Shown here: positions 25,301-32,399 of the stretch, one piece after another
Numbering within the stretch: the stretch's first letter is position 1
Layout: the number at the start of each line of letters is the position of its first letter
NCBI GenBank assembly: GCA_902796545.1
Contig: CADBPF010000051.1
Location: forward strand, 1 to 48,789
From: an uncultured Ruminococcus sp.
Lineage (GTDB): Bacteria; Bacillota; Clostridia; Oscillospirales; SIG627
Length of the DNA stretch: 48,789 nucleotides
Reading direction: 5' to 3'
The notes under the pieces: model-generated
Told to the model about the DNA's origin: nothing
Database searches by the model: none
What the model saw: the letters and a program-made list of their open reading frames with translations, nothing else
Program-made: the position numbers and the translations under genes

Positions 25301-26220
25301 TCATCCCCGTTTCGATCGCGGATGAGTTCAAATACGCCTCCGGCGCTTTGGGGCTGGACTATTCCGATACACTGCAATTTTCCACCGAGAATTCCAATTT
25401 CAACTGTTCCGTCACCTCAGGTGAGCTCCCGCCCGGATTGACCTTGGATTCCGCGACCGGCCGTATCTACGGCGTTCCCGCCGACCTCGGCACCTTCAAC
25501 TTCACCCTGCTCGTCGTGGACGCAAATTCCACGCGCACCGAGAAGGACTATTCGATCACCGTGTTCCAGCCGGTGCAAATGACGGTGACCATCCACACCT
25601 CCGACATTCCCTCGGCAGGAACGCGCGGTGAGATTTCGTTCTATTATTCCTATCACGATCGCGGCTCCGGCACCTTGAAGCAATCCAACCCCGTAAACGT
25701 CAGCGAGCTGATCGCAAATACCTCCGCCGCGCCTCTGCAGCCCGGCAGCGTGGACACCTTCACCCTGCAGGTTGGCGCCTTCGTCGGCGAGCCCTCGCAG
25801 CTGTTCTTCACCAATTCCTCCGTCAGCGACGGTTATCGGATCGATAAAGTCGTGATCTCTTCTCCGGGCGGCGACGTGATGGGCGCGTTTGAGCGCACCT
25901 ATCAGATCAATTCCTGGATCGGTCACATGGACGAGGCCAACTTCTTTGAAAGCGGTATGTTCACGATCTTCGTGATCCTGCTTATCGTTTTAATCCTGAT
26001 CGTCGCGCTCGTATTCTACCTGCGGTATCGCAATAAGAAACGCAAAACCCCGGCAGCGGCGCAGGCGCGTACCAAGAAACGCCCACAGCAGACAAGCGCC
26101 GCCGCGGTCGGCACACCCCGGCAGCAGATCCGCACCGGACCAAACGCCCCCGGACTGCCGCGGGATCGCGCGGATCAGGCGACGCGTCCTCTGGAACCGC
26201 CGACCGATAAGCGTATTTGA
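22393..26220 (+). CDS. large secreted, C-terminally membrane-anchored surface protein (Gly-rich beta-solenoid repeats, FIVAR-like, Listeria-Bacteroides repeat, He_PIG-like Ig and PLAT-like modules)
   Basis: 1275 aa. Signal peptide ending LSVSA/ES, 12 GGxxGAGIGGG repeats, GYRFKYWSTDEAG...FYANWE, GELPPGLTLDSATGRIYGVP, a C-terminal TM helix MFTIFVILLIVLILIVALVFYL and a basic tail RYRNKKRK. No LPXTG motif. Confidence 0.85.
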   Translation: MLKRLISLVCSAIFVFALLAPLSVSAESASFSLSGGNIIIGAEGDGLFVSVGDYRTTLPSGTEIVINGSNTPTSHSILIRDNVNAFVTLSGVQIESTGFLVAPLQISDAASVCLTLSGANSLSAPQYMAAIQTSRYSSLRINGSGSLTARGGMSAAAIGGGWKSGVPGTPCGNLTIEGSVTISAYGGDYGAGIGGGEAGRSGRIRISDSAKVYALGGKEAAGIGSGSGSRAKNIEIIGNAIVEAAGGEGGAGIGSGKSGNASKIAISDSASVRAAGGDSGAGIGCGQDGRVSMITVSDDAVVRARGANGAAAIGAGKNASLSVGATISGHASVFCIGGSGAAGLGGSSGAAGILSVLDSASLETYGGQSGAGIGGGKGGNVSAIRLSGRASVSAYGGIYAAGIGTGENGSYDKITISDLASVRALGGKYGAGIGGGKTSSCGTLSICGDAVVYAQGGNFGAGVGTGSKNSPDYCPTAGNIYIYDNASVHAAGGKHGAGIGGGLFSSGAVLSVSDTATVDSYSDMTVSSDLSTTAVLADYSLVNAAKSKIPSDLSPYTEQTVEILKLALSQVKYDLPVSSQAEVDAMAASIERAISILTKKTEEIVYSLKPEKENFTYEEDVTIAFDGATSSKDRVVVMKKGETLPDGTVIKSFPCLDQTGNATKSGTVSFHADELEEGEYAVYLSLGITDTVVATAYFAVSVTADPANEADYSAVDEAVNLVSTLKESDYTPESWSVLQNAITMVQAHLPKEKQATVDAFAQNVQNAIAALVPVSSVAGTASRTYRDESGALQTFTVSALTAPVTGASAPKLILLGESAGIPASPGWGMITLEPGNVEQAGADSVVSAINRVVPAEEISVNENESFDVSSIAASNLGAGAGCEMNGAFRIVPGASVNGFAADLTMTLHYGASIGSYSFAYANGSTVSLPVNPSCPGYRFKYWSTDEAGANQISGSFTLTANASFYANWEVIPVSIADEFKYASGALGLDYSDTLQFSTENSNFNCSVTSGELPPGLTLDSATGRIYGVPADLGTFNFTLLVVDANSTRTEKDYSITVFQPVQMTVTIHTSDIPSAGTRGEISFYYSYHDRGSGTLKQSNPVNVSELIANTSAAPLQPGSVDTFTLQVGAFVGEPSQLFFTNSSVSDGYRIDKVVISSPGGDVMGAFERTYQINSWIGHMDEANFFESGMFTIFVILLIVLILIVALVFYLRYRNKKRKTPAAAQARTKKRPQQTSAAAVGTPRQQIRTGPNAPGLPRDRADQATRPLEPPTDKRI
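22843..23960 (+). repeat. 12 tandem, diverged ~29-32-aa coding repeats (consensus ..S.SA.V.A.GG..GAGIGGG....) within the surface protein
   Basis: Units counted in the translation: GGMSAAAIGGG, GGDYGAGIGGG, GGKEAAGIGSG, GGEGGAGIGSG, GGDSGAGIGCG, GANGAAAIGAG, GGSGAAGLGGS, GGQSGAGIGGG, GGIYAAGIGTG, GGKYGAGIGGG, GGNFGAGVGTG, GGKHGAGIGGG. Confidence 0.85.
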
Positions 26221-26232
26221 TGATCGCGCCAC

Positions 26233-26264
26233 AAAAAAAGGACTTGCAATGCAAGTCCTTTTTT
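26233..26264. terminator. intrinsic terminator after the surface protein gene
   Basis: AAAAAAA-GGACTTGC-aat-GCAAGTCC-TTTTTT. Confidence 0.85.
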
Positions 26265-26339
26265 GAGTGTTTTGAGTGTATAGTACGAAAAAATGCATTT
26301 GCATTCTGCATGAATGGATTCGGACTATCGGAAATTCAA

Positions 26340-26513
26340 GTGATATTGCCGTCTATGACGGCAGTGATTTTGTCCCTTCGGGACAGTTATATTTTGCGCC
26401 TGCGGCGCAAAGTGATATTCTATTCGCCTTTTAACTGCGCGAAGCGCAATATCACTCGGCGTCAGCCGAATATTACTGCAAAGCAATATAACTCGCCTCA
26501 AGGCGAATAGAAT
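26340..26513. repeat. array of about 8 short GC-rich stem-loops separated by a conserved 7-mer (GTGATAT-like on the left, ATATNAC on the right)
   Basis: Read directly from the sequence; unit-by-unit listing is in the findings. The only ORFs here (26217..26510 +, 26325..26537 -) have no RBS and odd composition. Confidence 0.8.
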
Positions 26514-26515
26514 TG

Positions 26516-26547
26516 AAAAAAGCACTTGCGAAAGCAAGTGCTTTTTT
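26516..26547 (-). terminator. intrinsic terminator of the tRNA-Ser operon
   Basis: AAAAAAGCACTTGC-gaaa-GCAAGTGCTTTTTT, starting 2-3 nt after the tRNA CCA end. Confidence 0.85.
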
Positions 26548-26549
26548 CA

Positions 26550-26642
26550 TGGCGGAGAAGCGGAGATTCGAACTCCGGCGCCGGTAAACCCGACCTAACG
26601 GTTTAGCAAACCGTCCCCTTCGGCCAGCTTGGGTACTTCTCC
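26550..26642 (-). tRNA. tRNA-Ser (anticodon GCU), type II with long variable arm, CCA encoded
   Basis: Reverse complement is GGAGAAGTACCCAAGCTGGCCGAAGGGGACGGTTTGCTAAACCGTTAGGTCGGGTTTACCGGCGCCGGAGTTCGAATCTCCGCTTCTCCGCCA. Folded by hand: anticodon stem ACGGT/ACCGT, loop TTGCTAA, T-arm CGGAG-TTCGAAT-CTCCG. Confidence 0.93.
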
Positions 26643-26678
26643 GTGTGGCTGAAAATGTTCGGCGCGGCTTGAGAGATT

Positions 26679-26769
26679 TGGCGGAGAGAGTGAGATTCGA
26701 ACTCACGGCCCCCTTGCGGGAGTCACCGGTTTTCAAGACCGGCTCCTTAAACCACTCGGACATCTCTCC
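26679..26769 (-). tRNA. tRNA-Ser (anticodon UGA), CCA encoded
   Basis: Reverse complement is GGAGAGATGTCCGAGTGGTTTAAGGAGCCGGTCTTGAAAACCGGTGACTCCCGCAAGGGGGCCGTGAGTTCGAATCTCACTCTCTCCGCCA. Anticodon loop CTTGAAA. Confidence 0.93.
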
Positions 26770-26787
26770 GTGGCATCGCGCTCTGCT

Positions 26788-26817
26788 ATTTTACTACACG
26801 ATAATAAGAATTGTCAA
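26788..26817 (-). promoter_or_regulatory. sigma-A promoter for the tRNA-Ser pair
   Basis: On the minus strand: TTGACA (26817-26812), 18 nt, TAAAAT (26793-26788), about 18 nt upstream of the tRNA 5' end. Confidence 0.65.
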
Positions 26818-26833
26818 GGCTTTTCGCAAAGAA

Positions 26834-26859
26834 AAAGGAAGCCCGTTTCGGCTTCCTTT
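26834..26859 (-). terminator. intrinsic terminator after the ABC exporter gene
   Basis: AAAGGAAGCC-cgtttc-GGCTTCCTTT. On the minus strand it is followed by TTCTTTG. Confidence 0.7.
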
Positions 26860-26869
26860 CATCCCGGGG

Positions 26870-28762
26870 TTACGATTCTTTTTCCCGATAGCGTTCCGCC
26901 TGAGCGCTGAACAGTTCGTGGTATCTGCCGCGGCGCTCCATCAGATCGTGGTGCGTGCCCTCTTCCACGAGCCTGCCGTGCTCCAGCACTAAAATCTTCG
27001 TTGCGCTGGTCGCGCTGGAAAGCCGGTGCGAGACGAATACGGTGGTCTTCCCCTCCCGCAGCTCGTCGAACTGCCGGTAGATCTCGCGCTCGGAGAGCGC
27101 ATCCAAAGACGCGGTCGGCTCGTCCAAAATCACCACGTCGCTTTGCGCGTAAAACGCGCGCGCAACGGAAAGCTTCTGCCATTGCCCGATGGACAGCTCG
27201 ATCCCGTCCGGCTCGAAATACCGCGTCAGCGGCGTGTCATAGCCGCGATTCAAGCGCGAGATGAATTCCTCCGCGTCCGCCTCGCGCGCGGACAGGCGCA
27301 TTCTCTCCTCGTCAAAGGGGCGATCCGCGTCGGAGAGCGTGATATTCTCTTTCACGTCGAACGCGTATTTGCCGAAGTCCTGGAAGATGATCCCGAAAAT
27401 GTGATAAAGCTCCGCCGGATCGTATTCGCGGATATCGTGGCCGTCCAAATAGACCGTGCCCTCCGTCGGATCGTAGAGGCGCGTCAAAAGCTTGATCAGC
27501 GTAGTTTTCCCCGCTCCGTTCTCCCCGACGAGCGCCACGGAATCGCCGCTGCGGATCGTAAAGGAAAGATCGTTCAAGACCTTTCGATCCACCTCGGGAT
27601 AAGAAAAAGAAACGTGGTCAAAACAGATCTCGTGGGCGATCCCGCGCTCCACTTTCCGCGGCTCGGGCAAAATGGAACGGATCGTGCTTTTCTCTTTCAA
27701 AAAGAGTAGCATATTATCAATGAACAGCGTGCCCTCGTAGATCGAGGCGGAGGTCGTGATCAGGCTTGCCACGCCGGCGGAAATGCTGGTCAGCGCGCCG
27801 GTATAAAGCACGTAATCACCGACCGGGATCGTCTGCCCCATCACCATCACGGCGATCGTATAGAACAAAAAGCAGTTGACGCCCGCGCTGATGATCGAGA
27901 TCAGCGTTCCCCAAAGACCTTCCGCAAAGATCAGTTTTTTCAGCCCGGCAAAATAGTCGCGGAAGACGTTTTGGTATCCCGCGATGAATTTCGGTGCGGA
28001 GTGGAACAAACGCACCTCTTTGGCAAGATCCTTATCGACCATCAGGTTGGCGTAATAATCCATTTTCCGGCGTTCTTTCGAATGGAAGCGCATATAAAAG
28101 AAATTCTTGCGCCGGTAGATATACGTAATGACCGCGGACGGGATCGAGATCGCGATCACGATGACCGGCGCGATCGGGCTGACCGCGCAAATGACCACGA
28201 TGAAGCTGATCATCCCGATCAGCGTGGATAGGATCGTATAGGTGGCGTTCATGATCTGGATCGGACGCATCCCGGCTTCCCGGTTGGCGTTTTCCAGTTT
28301 CTCGTAAAACGAGGGCTTATCGAAGCTGGAAAGATCCAGTTCTTGCGCCTTGCGCATCAGCTTCAAGCGGATATGCGCCGTGAGCCGCTCGCCCGCGATC
28401 CGCGTGACGATCGAATCCCCGCGCGCCACGATCGAAACGAAGATCAGATAGGCAAACTGGAAGATCAGAAGCCAAAGCACCCGGTCCTGCGATCCTTCGC
28501 CCGCGGAAAAGCGCGCCAGCTCGTTGATGAGCGTGGAGGTGATATACGCTGCGGCGACCGGAAGCAACCCGTTTAGGATCGCGGTAAAGGTCGTGATAAA
28601 CATGATCCAGGGGCCGGTCTCCCACACGAGCCTGAAAATGTACGTAAGCCGCGAGAAAAACCCGCCGAGCAACGTTTTCAGATAACGCGGGATCTCGGTG
28701 AGTTTTTTCGGCTTTTCCGGCTTTAAGCTCTCCATATTCGGAGGCATGGGCGGTATATGCAT
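26870..28762 (-). CDS. ABC transporter, fused permease/ATP-binding protein (exporter type)
   Basis: 630 aa. Six-TM exporter domain then an NBD with Walker A GENGAGKTT, signature LSIGQWQK and Walker B VVILDEPT. Confidence 0.9.
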   Translation of the reverse strand: MHIPPMPPNMESLKPEKPKKLTEIPRYLKTLLGGFFSRLTYIFRLVWETGPWIMFITTFTAILNGLLPVAAAYITSTLINELARFSAGEGSQDRVLWLLIFQFAYLIFVSIVARGDSIVTRIAGERLTAHIRLKLMRKAQELDLSSFDKPSFYEKLENANREAGMRPIQIMNATYTILSTLIGMISFIVVICAVSPIAPVIVIAISIPSAVITYIYRRKNFFYMRFHSKERRKMDYYANLMVDKDLAKEVRLFHSAPKFIAGYQNVFRDYFAGLKKLIFAEGLWGTLISIISAGVNCFLFYTIAVMVMGQTIPVGDYVLYTGALTSISAGVASLITTSASIYEGTLFIDNMLLFLKEKSTIRSILPEPRKVERGIAHEICFDHVSFSYPEVDRKVLNDLSFTIRSGDSVALVGENGAGKTTLIKLLTRLYDPTEGTVYLDGHDIREYDPAELYHIFGIIFQDFGKYAFDVKENITLSDADRPFDEERMRLSAREADAEEFISRLNRGYDTPLTRYFEPDGIELSIGQWQKLSVARAFYAQSDVVILDEPTASLDALSEREIYRQFDELREGKTTVFVSHRLSSATSATKILVLEHGRLVEEGTHHDLMERRGRYHELFSAQAERYREKES

Positions 28763-28763
28763 C

Positions 28764-29699
28764 TTATCGATTCCTCTTCAAAACAAGGGTGTACCATTCT
28801 TCGCGGAATCGCTCGTCGATCGTTTTCAGTCCCGCCGATTCCAGCGCTTTCTGCGTTTCGTCTTTTCTTTGAGCGAGTATCCCGCTTGCGATCAAAACGC
28901 CGGAGGGCTTCAGGTGCTTCGGAAACTCGTCTGCAAGCTCGATCAAAAGCGAGGAAACGAGATTGGCAAAGATCAGATCGTACGGCAGACCGAATAAGGC
29001 GCCGCGCGTCACGTCCGCGCATTTTGCCCGAAGTCTGCCGGGAAGAATCCCGTTCAAACGCGCGTTTTCCAACGTAACGCGCACGGCGCTTTCCTCCACG
29101 TCCGCGCAATCGGCGCGCCCGGCGCCGAGCTTGAGCGCGGAAAGCGCTAAGATCCCGCTGCCGCAGCCGAGATCCAGCACGCAAGCGTCCTTTACAAGAT
29201 AGTCTTCCGCACATTCCATACAAAGCGCGGTCGTTGCGTGCGTCCCGCTGCCGAACGCCGCGGACGGATCCATAACAAGCCCCGTTCTGCCCTCCGGGAT
29301 TCTGACGTTCTCCTCCCAGGGCGGATAGACGAACAGGCGCTTGCCGACAGCAAACGGCTTGAAATACTCTTTCCAGCGATCGCGCCACTCGCTGTCGTCT
29401 TTTTCCTCTATAATACAGCGTACCGACTCAAAGCCGGGCTCCCGCAAAAGGGCGACAAGCTGCGCCAGCTCTTCGTTTCCCTGCGGCGTCGCTTCAAAAT
29501 AGTAACGGATCTTCGGATCCTCAGACTGCCGCCGCAGCAGCTCCTCGTCGATATAATCGTAAAAGCGGCGGCTCGATTCCGAACAAAGATCGGAATAGTC
29601 CTCCAATTCATAGGAGGAAAACCCGGATAAGGAAAGACGCTCGGCGATCCCCGACAGGTTTTCGGCGGGAAACGTGAGCGTCACTTTCTGATAATTCAT
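28764..29699 (-). CDS. prmA: ribosomal protein L11 methyltransferase
   Basis: 311 aa. FGSGTHATTALCME and VLDLGCGSGILAL (SAM motif), typical PrmA layout. Confidence 0.9.
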   Translation of the reverse strand: MNYQKVTLTFPAENLSGIAERLSLSGFSSYELEDYSDLCSESSRRFYDYIDEELLRRQSEDPKIRYYFEATPQGNEELAQLVALLREPGFESVRCIIEEKDDSEWRDRWKEYFKPFAVGKRLFVYPPWEENVRIPEGRTGLVMDPSAAFGSGTHATTALCMECAEDYLVKDACVLDLGCGSGILALSALKLGAGRADCADVEESAVRVTLENARLNGILPGRLRAKCADVTRGALFGLPYDLIFANLVSSLLIELADEFPKHLKPSGVLIASGILAQRKDETQKALESAGLKTIDERFREEWYTLVLKRNR

Positions 29700-29753
29700 T
29701 GTATTCTGTTTAATCGAATGCGATTCAAGGTCTGTCGGCGGTCAATTCAAAAA

Positions 29754-30164
29754 TCAGAACAGATAACCGTTGAGTTCTTCCGGGAAATTCTCCGGCGCGA
29801 TCGAAACGGTGGTCACGCAGTTGACTTCCAGTCTCTGGCACAGTTGATCCAGGCGCCTGATGAAGGCGCAGAAGCTTTCCAGATCGTTGTCGCAGATCTT
29901 CAAAGAAGAATCGATGAACAGATCTTTCACGTCGTAATTGGTCGCAAGGATCCCGCAGACCATCCCGTAGAGCTCGTCCGCGCCGCGGACTTCGTATTCT
30001 TTCGTATCGATCAGTCGCACTTCTCTGCGAATGTCGTAACGGAGCTTGTCACCGCGTTCGATACAGACGACGTGACCGTTGGAGGAATCCACCGCGGAAT
30101 TCGTCAGGTCGATCAGTTGTTTGGTCTTTCCCGTTCCTTTTACACCGATAATCAATCGTACCAT
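29754..30164 (-). CDS. small stand-alone P-loop NTPase-like protein (136 aa), function unknown
   Basis: AAGGAG RBS. Walker A GVKGTGKT at residues 7-14 and a Walker-B-like DLFIDS. I recognise no other domain. Confidence 0.6.
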   Translation of the reverse strand: MVRLIIGVKGTGKTKQLIDLTNSAVDSSNGHVVCIERGDKLRYDIRREVRLIDTKEYEVRGADELYGMVCGILATNYDVKDLFIDSSLKICDNDLESFCAFIRRLDQLCQRLEVNCVTTVSIAPENFPEELNGYLF

Positions 30165-30257
30165 AGTTTTCTCCTTTTTCGTACTACAGACAGTATAATC
30201 CGATTTTTCCGTCCGGGCAAGCGCCGCGCGACAGAATTTGCAAAAACTTTACAAAGA

Positions 30258-31547
30258 TCAATAACCCGGTTTGCCTAAAAGCTTGAACATATTGCGTTTA
30301 TAAAACTCCACGCCGGGCTGATCGAAGGGGTTGACGTCGATCAGGTACCCGGAGATCGCAACGGAAAGCTCAAAGAAATACACGAGTTCCCCGAAGCCGT
30401 ATTCGTCCGCTTTGTCGATGCGCACTTCCAAAACCGGCGCGTTTCCCGCGGCGTGCGCCGCGATCGTCGCCTCCTGCGCCTTGTCGTTCACGTATCCGAG
30501 CGTTTTGCCGGACAAGAAGTTCAAGCCATCCGTGTTTTTCGGATCGTCCGGGATCAAAAGCTCCGTGTTCGGCGCACCGATCTCGAGCATCGTTTCAAAG
30601 AAGACCCGCGCGCCCTCCTGCACGTACTGACCCATACTGTGCAGATCCGTGGAATAGACCACGCTTGCCGGATAGAGCGCCTTATGCTCCTTGCCCTCGC
30701 TTTCGCCGAACAGTTGTTTGAGCCATTCTCCAAACAACTGCATTCTGGGATGGAAGGACGCAAACAGCTCCACCGACTTGCCGCTTTCGTATAACGCGGT
30801 GCGCGCCATAGCGTAACGAACGCAGTCGTTTTCCATGGAAAAGTCCCGATAGCGTTCCATCGCGTCGCGCGCGCCGTGCATCATGGCGGAAATATCCGCG
30901 CCGGAGACCGCGATCGGCAAAAGCCCGACCGCGCTCAACACGGAATAGCGGCCGCCGATCCCGTCCGGCACCACGAAACACTCGTAGCCTTTCTGCTCGG
31001 CAAGCTCCCGCAGGGTGCCGGGGCGGACGCGCTGATCGGTCGTCACGAAGATCCGCTCCTTTGCCGCTTCGCCGTATTTTTCTTCCAACAGCTTGCGCCA
31101 GAGGCGAAACGCCACGGCAGGCTCCGTGGTCGTCCCGGATTTCGAGATCACGTTAATCGAAACTTCTTTGTCGCGGCAGTAGTCCAAGAGCGCCGCGCTT
31201 TCGTCCGGATCCAGGCTGTTGCCCGCAAAGAAGATCTGCGGCGCGTCTTTTGAAAGATTGTGCTCCTGGCCGTATAGAAACTCGATCGCGGCGCGCGCGC
31301 CGAGATACGAGCCGCCGATCCCGATCACCACGAAGACCTCGCTTTGGGCGCGGATGCGCTGCGCGGCGTCGAGGATCCGGGAAAACTCTTCTTTGTCATA
31401 ATCCTTGGGAAGGGTCATCCAATCCACGGGCAAACCTTCCTCTTTGGCGGCTTTCAGACGCAAAAATGCCGCACGGGCACGATCGGAATCGAAGCTCGGC
31501 GGCAAATACTCTTTGGAGAATCGGTTGTCAAAACGTAAAGGCATCAT
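30258..31547 (-). CDS. pgi: glucose-6-phosphate isomerase (short Bacillus/archaeal-type PGI)
   Basis: 429 aa. VVIGIGGSYLGARA, ISKSGTTTEP, GGRYSVLSAVGLLP, FGESEGK. Confidence 0.93.
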   Translation of the reverse strand: MMPLRFDNRFSKEYLPPSFDSDRARAAFLRLKAAKEEGLPVDWMTLPKDYDKEEFSRILDAAQRIRAQSEVFVVIGIGGSYLGARAAIEFLYGQEHNLSKDAPQIFFAGNSLDPDESAALLDYCRDKEVSINVISKSGTTTEPAVAFRLWRKLLEEKYGEAAKERIFVTTDQRVRPGTLRELAEQKGYECFVVPDGIGGRYSVLSAVGLLPIAVSGADISAMMHGARDAMERYRDFSMENDCVRYAMARTALYESGKSVELFASFHPRMQLFGEWLKQLFGESEGKEHKALYPASVVYSTDLHSMGQYVQEGARVFFETMLEIGAPNTELLIPDDPKNTDGLNFLSGKTLGYVNDKAQEATIAAHAAGNAPVLEVRIDKADEYGFGELVYFFELSVAISGYLIDVNPFDQPGVEFYKRNMFKLLGKPGY

Positions 31548-31611
31548 GCGTGTCCTCCAAAAATAATTAAAATAGGAAAAGCGAAATCAGCGCGGGCATA
31601 CACCCGGAAGA

Positions 31612-32097
31612 TCAGGAAATAAATCCGAGGGCGCTGTCGAAGAATTCGAAATCACCGTAATCGTAGTCATAGGGCATGAATGAATAATTGAACAATTCGA
31701 TGATCATGATCAAGCACGCAAAAAGCGCAGTCAGACATCCGGCGATCCCGAGGATCAGACCGGCAATCGCGAACCCGCGGCCCGCGCCGGAGGGCGTTTT
31801 CTTCATTCCGAACGCGGAAAAGACGATCGCCAGCACCGCGCCGAACAGCGATACGCTCGGCAAGACCGAAAACAACACGGAAAACAGTCCCAACACGAAG
31901 CCCGATACGCAAAACGCCAGGCGGTTGCGATCCGGGATCCGCGGCACGGGCGAAAATTCTCTGCCGCGCAGCGGGATCGGAGCGCGTTCAAATCGTTCGA
32001 TTTCCACGGGCGGCAATTCGTATTTCGTACCGCAAAAGGCGCAGAACTGCGCGTGTTCGTCCAGAGGTTTCCCGCATTGTTTGCAAATCAGATCCAT
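31612..32097 (-). CDS. zinc-ribbon membrane protein (DUF4190-like C-terminus)
   Basis: 161 aa. CKQCGKPLDEHAQFCAFCG zinc ribbon, then two TM helices. Confidence 0.6.
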   Translation of the reverse strand: MDLICKQCGKPLDEHAQFCAFCGTKYELPPVEIERFERAPIPLRGREFSPVPRIPDRNRLAFCVSGFVLGLFSVLFSVLPSVSLFGAVLAIVFSAFGMKKTPSGAGRGFAIAGLILGIAGCLTALFACLIMIIELFNYSFMPYDYDYGDFEFFDSALGFIS

Positions 32098-32138
32098 ATA
32101 TTATCCTTTCCGGCAAAGATCCAAGAATCTCTGTTAGT

Positions 32139-32167
32139 ATTACACCATATTTTTACAAAAATGTCAA
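32139..32167 (-). promoter_or_regulatory. sigma-A promoter for the zinc-ribbon gene
   Basis: On the minus strand: TTGACA (32167-32162), 17 nt, TGTAAT (32144-32139) preceded by TGg. Confidence 0.5.
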
Positions 32168-32225
32168 TCGTATTTCGGCGTTTTTGAAAAAAGTGCGAAA
32201 AATGAAAATTTTTTGAAATTTTTTC

Positions 32226-32254
32226 TTGCAATCTGATTTGATCTGTGATATACT
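32226..32254 (+). promoter_or_regulatory. sigma-A promoter (extended -10) for the permease leader
   Basis: TTGCAA (32226-32231), 17 nt, TGaTATACT (-10 at 32249-32254). Confidence 0.6.
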
Positions 32255-32283
32255 CGAAAAAACGCGAACCGAGGAGGAACGTT

Positions 32284-32382
32284 ATGGGTCACCCGAAAAA
32301 CGGCATTGTAAAAACGCCCGGGGTCCTTTCTCCCTCTTTCTCTTGTTTTTCCGGTTTCGTCTTTCTATCGCCTTCTCATTGA
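32284..32382 (+). CDS. candidate 32-codon leader peptide (uORF) in the permease leader
   Basis: GAGGAGG (32271-32277), 6 nt, ATG 32284. Translation MGHPKNGIVKTPGVLSPSFSCFSGFVFLSPSH. The stop TGA at 32380-32382 lies in the loop/right arm of the terminator hairpin. Below the 60-aa cut-off of the ORF track. Confidence 0.35.
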   Translation: MGHPKNGIVKTPGVLSPSFSCFSGFVFLSPSH

Positions 32383-32399
32383 GAGGCGTTATTTTTTTG
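32369..32399 (+). terminator. leader (attenuator) terminator upstream of the permease gene
   Basis: CGCCTTCTC-att-GAGAGGCG (one bulged T) followed by TTATTTTTTTG, located 60 nt before the permease ATG. Confidence 0.7.

Noticed and set aside
26294-26311. TGCAT repeated three times (aTGCATtTGCATtcTGCATg) just left of the hairpin array.
   Set aside because: Too short and isolated to interpret. It could be chance or part of the same element, and I cannot support a function.
26340-26513. Possible CRISPR array.
   Set aside because: The conserved unit is only 7 nt and the variable parts are themselves perfect palindromes of 9-19 nt. The period is 16-26 bp, the orientation flips mid-array, and there are no cas genes in the window.
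26217-26537. ORFs 26217..26510 (+) and 26325..26537 (-) across the hairpin array.
   Set aside because: They have no RBS, span two terminators and the palindromic array, and have a Cys/Phe/Arg-rich nonsense-like composition. The region is better explained as non-coding repeats.
32261-32300. PyrR binding loop in the permease leader (AACCGAGGAGGAAC versus consensus ARUCCAGAGAGGYU).
   Set aside because: There are too many mismatches in the core. The purine-rich stretch is better explained as the SD of the uORF. It is kept only as an alternative to be tested by a covariance-model search.
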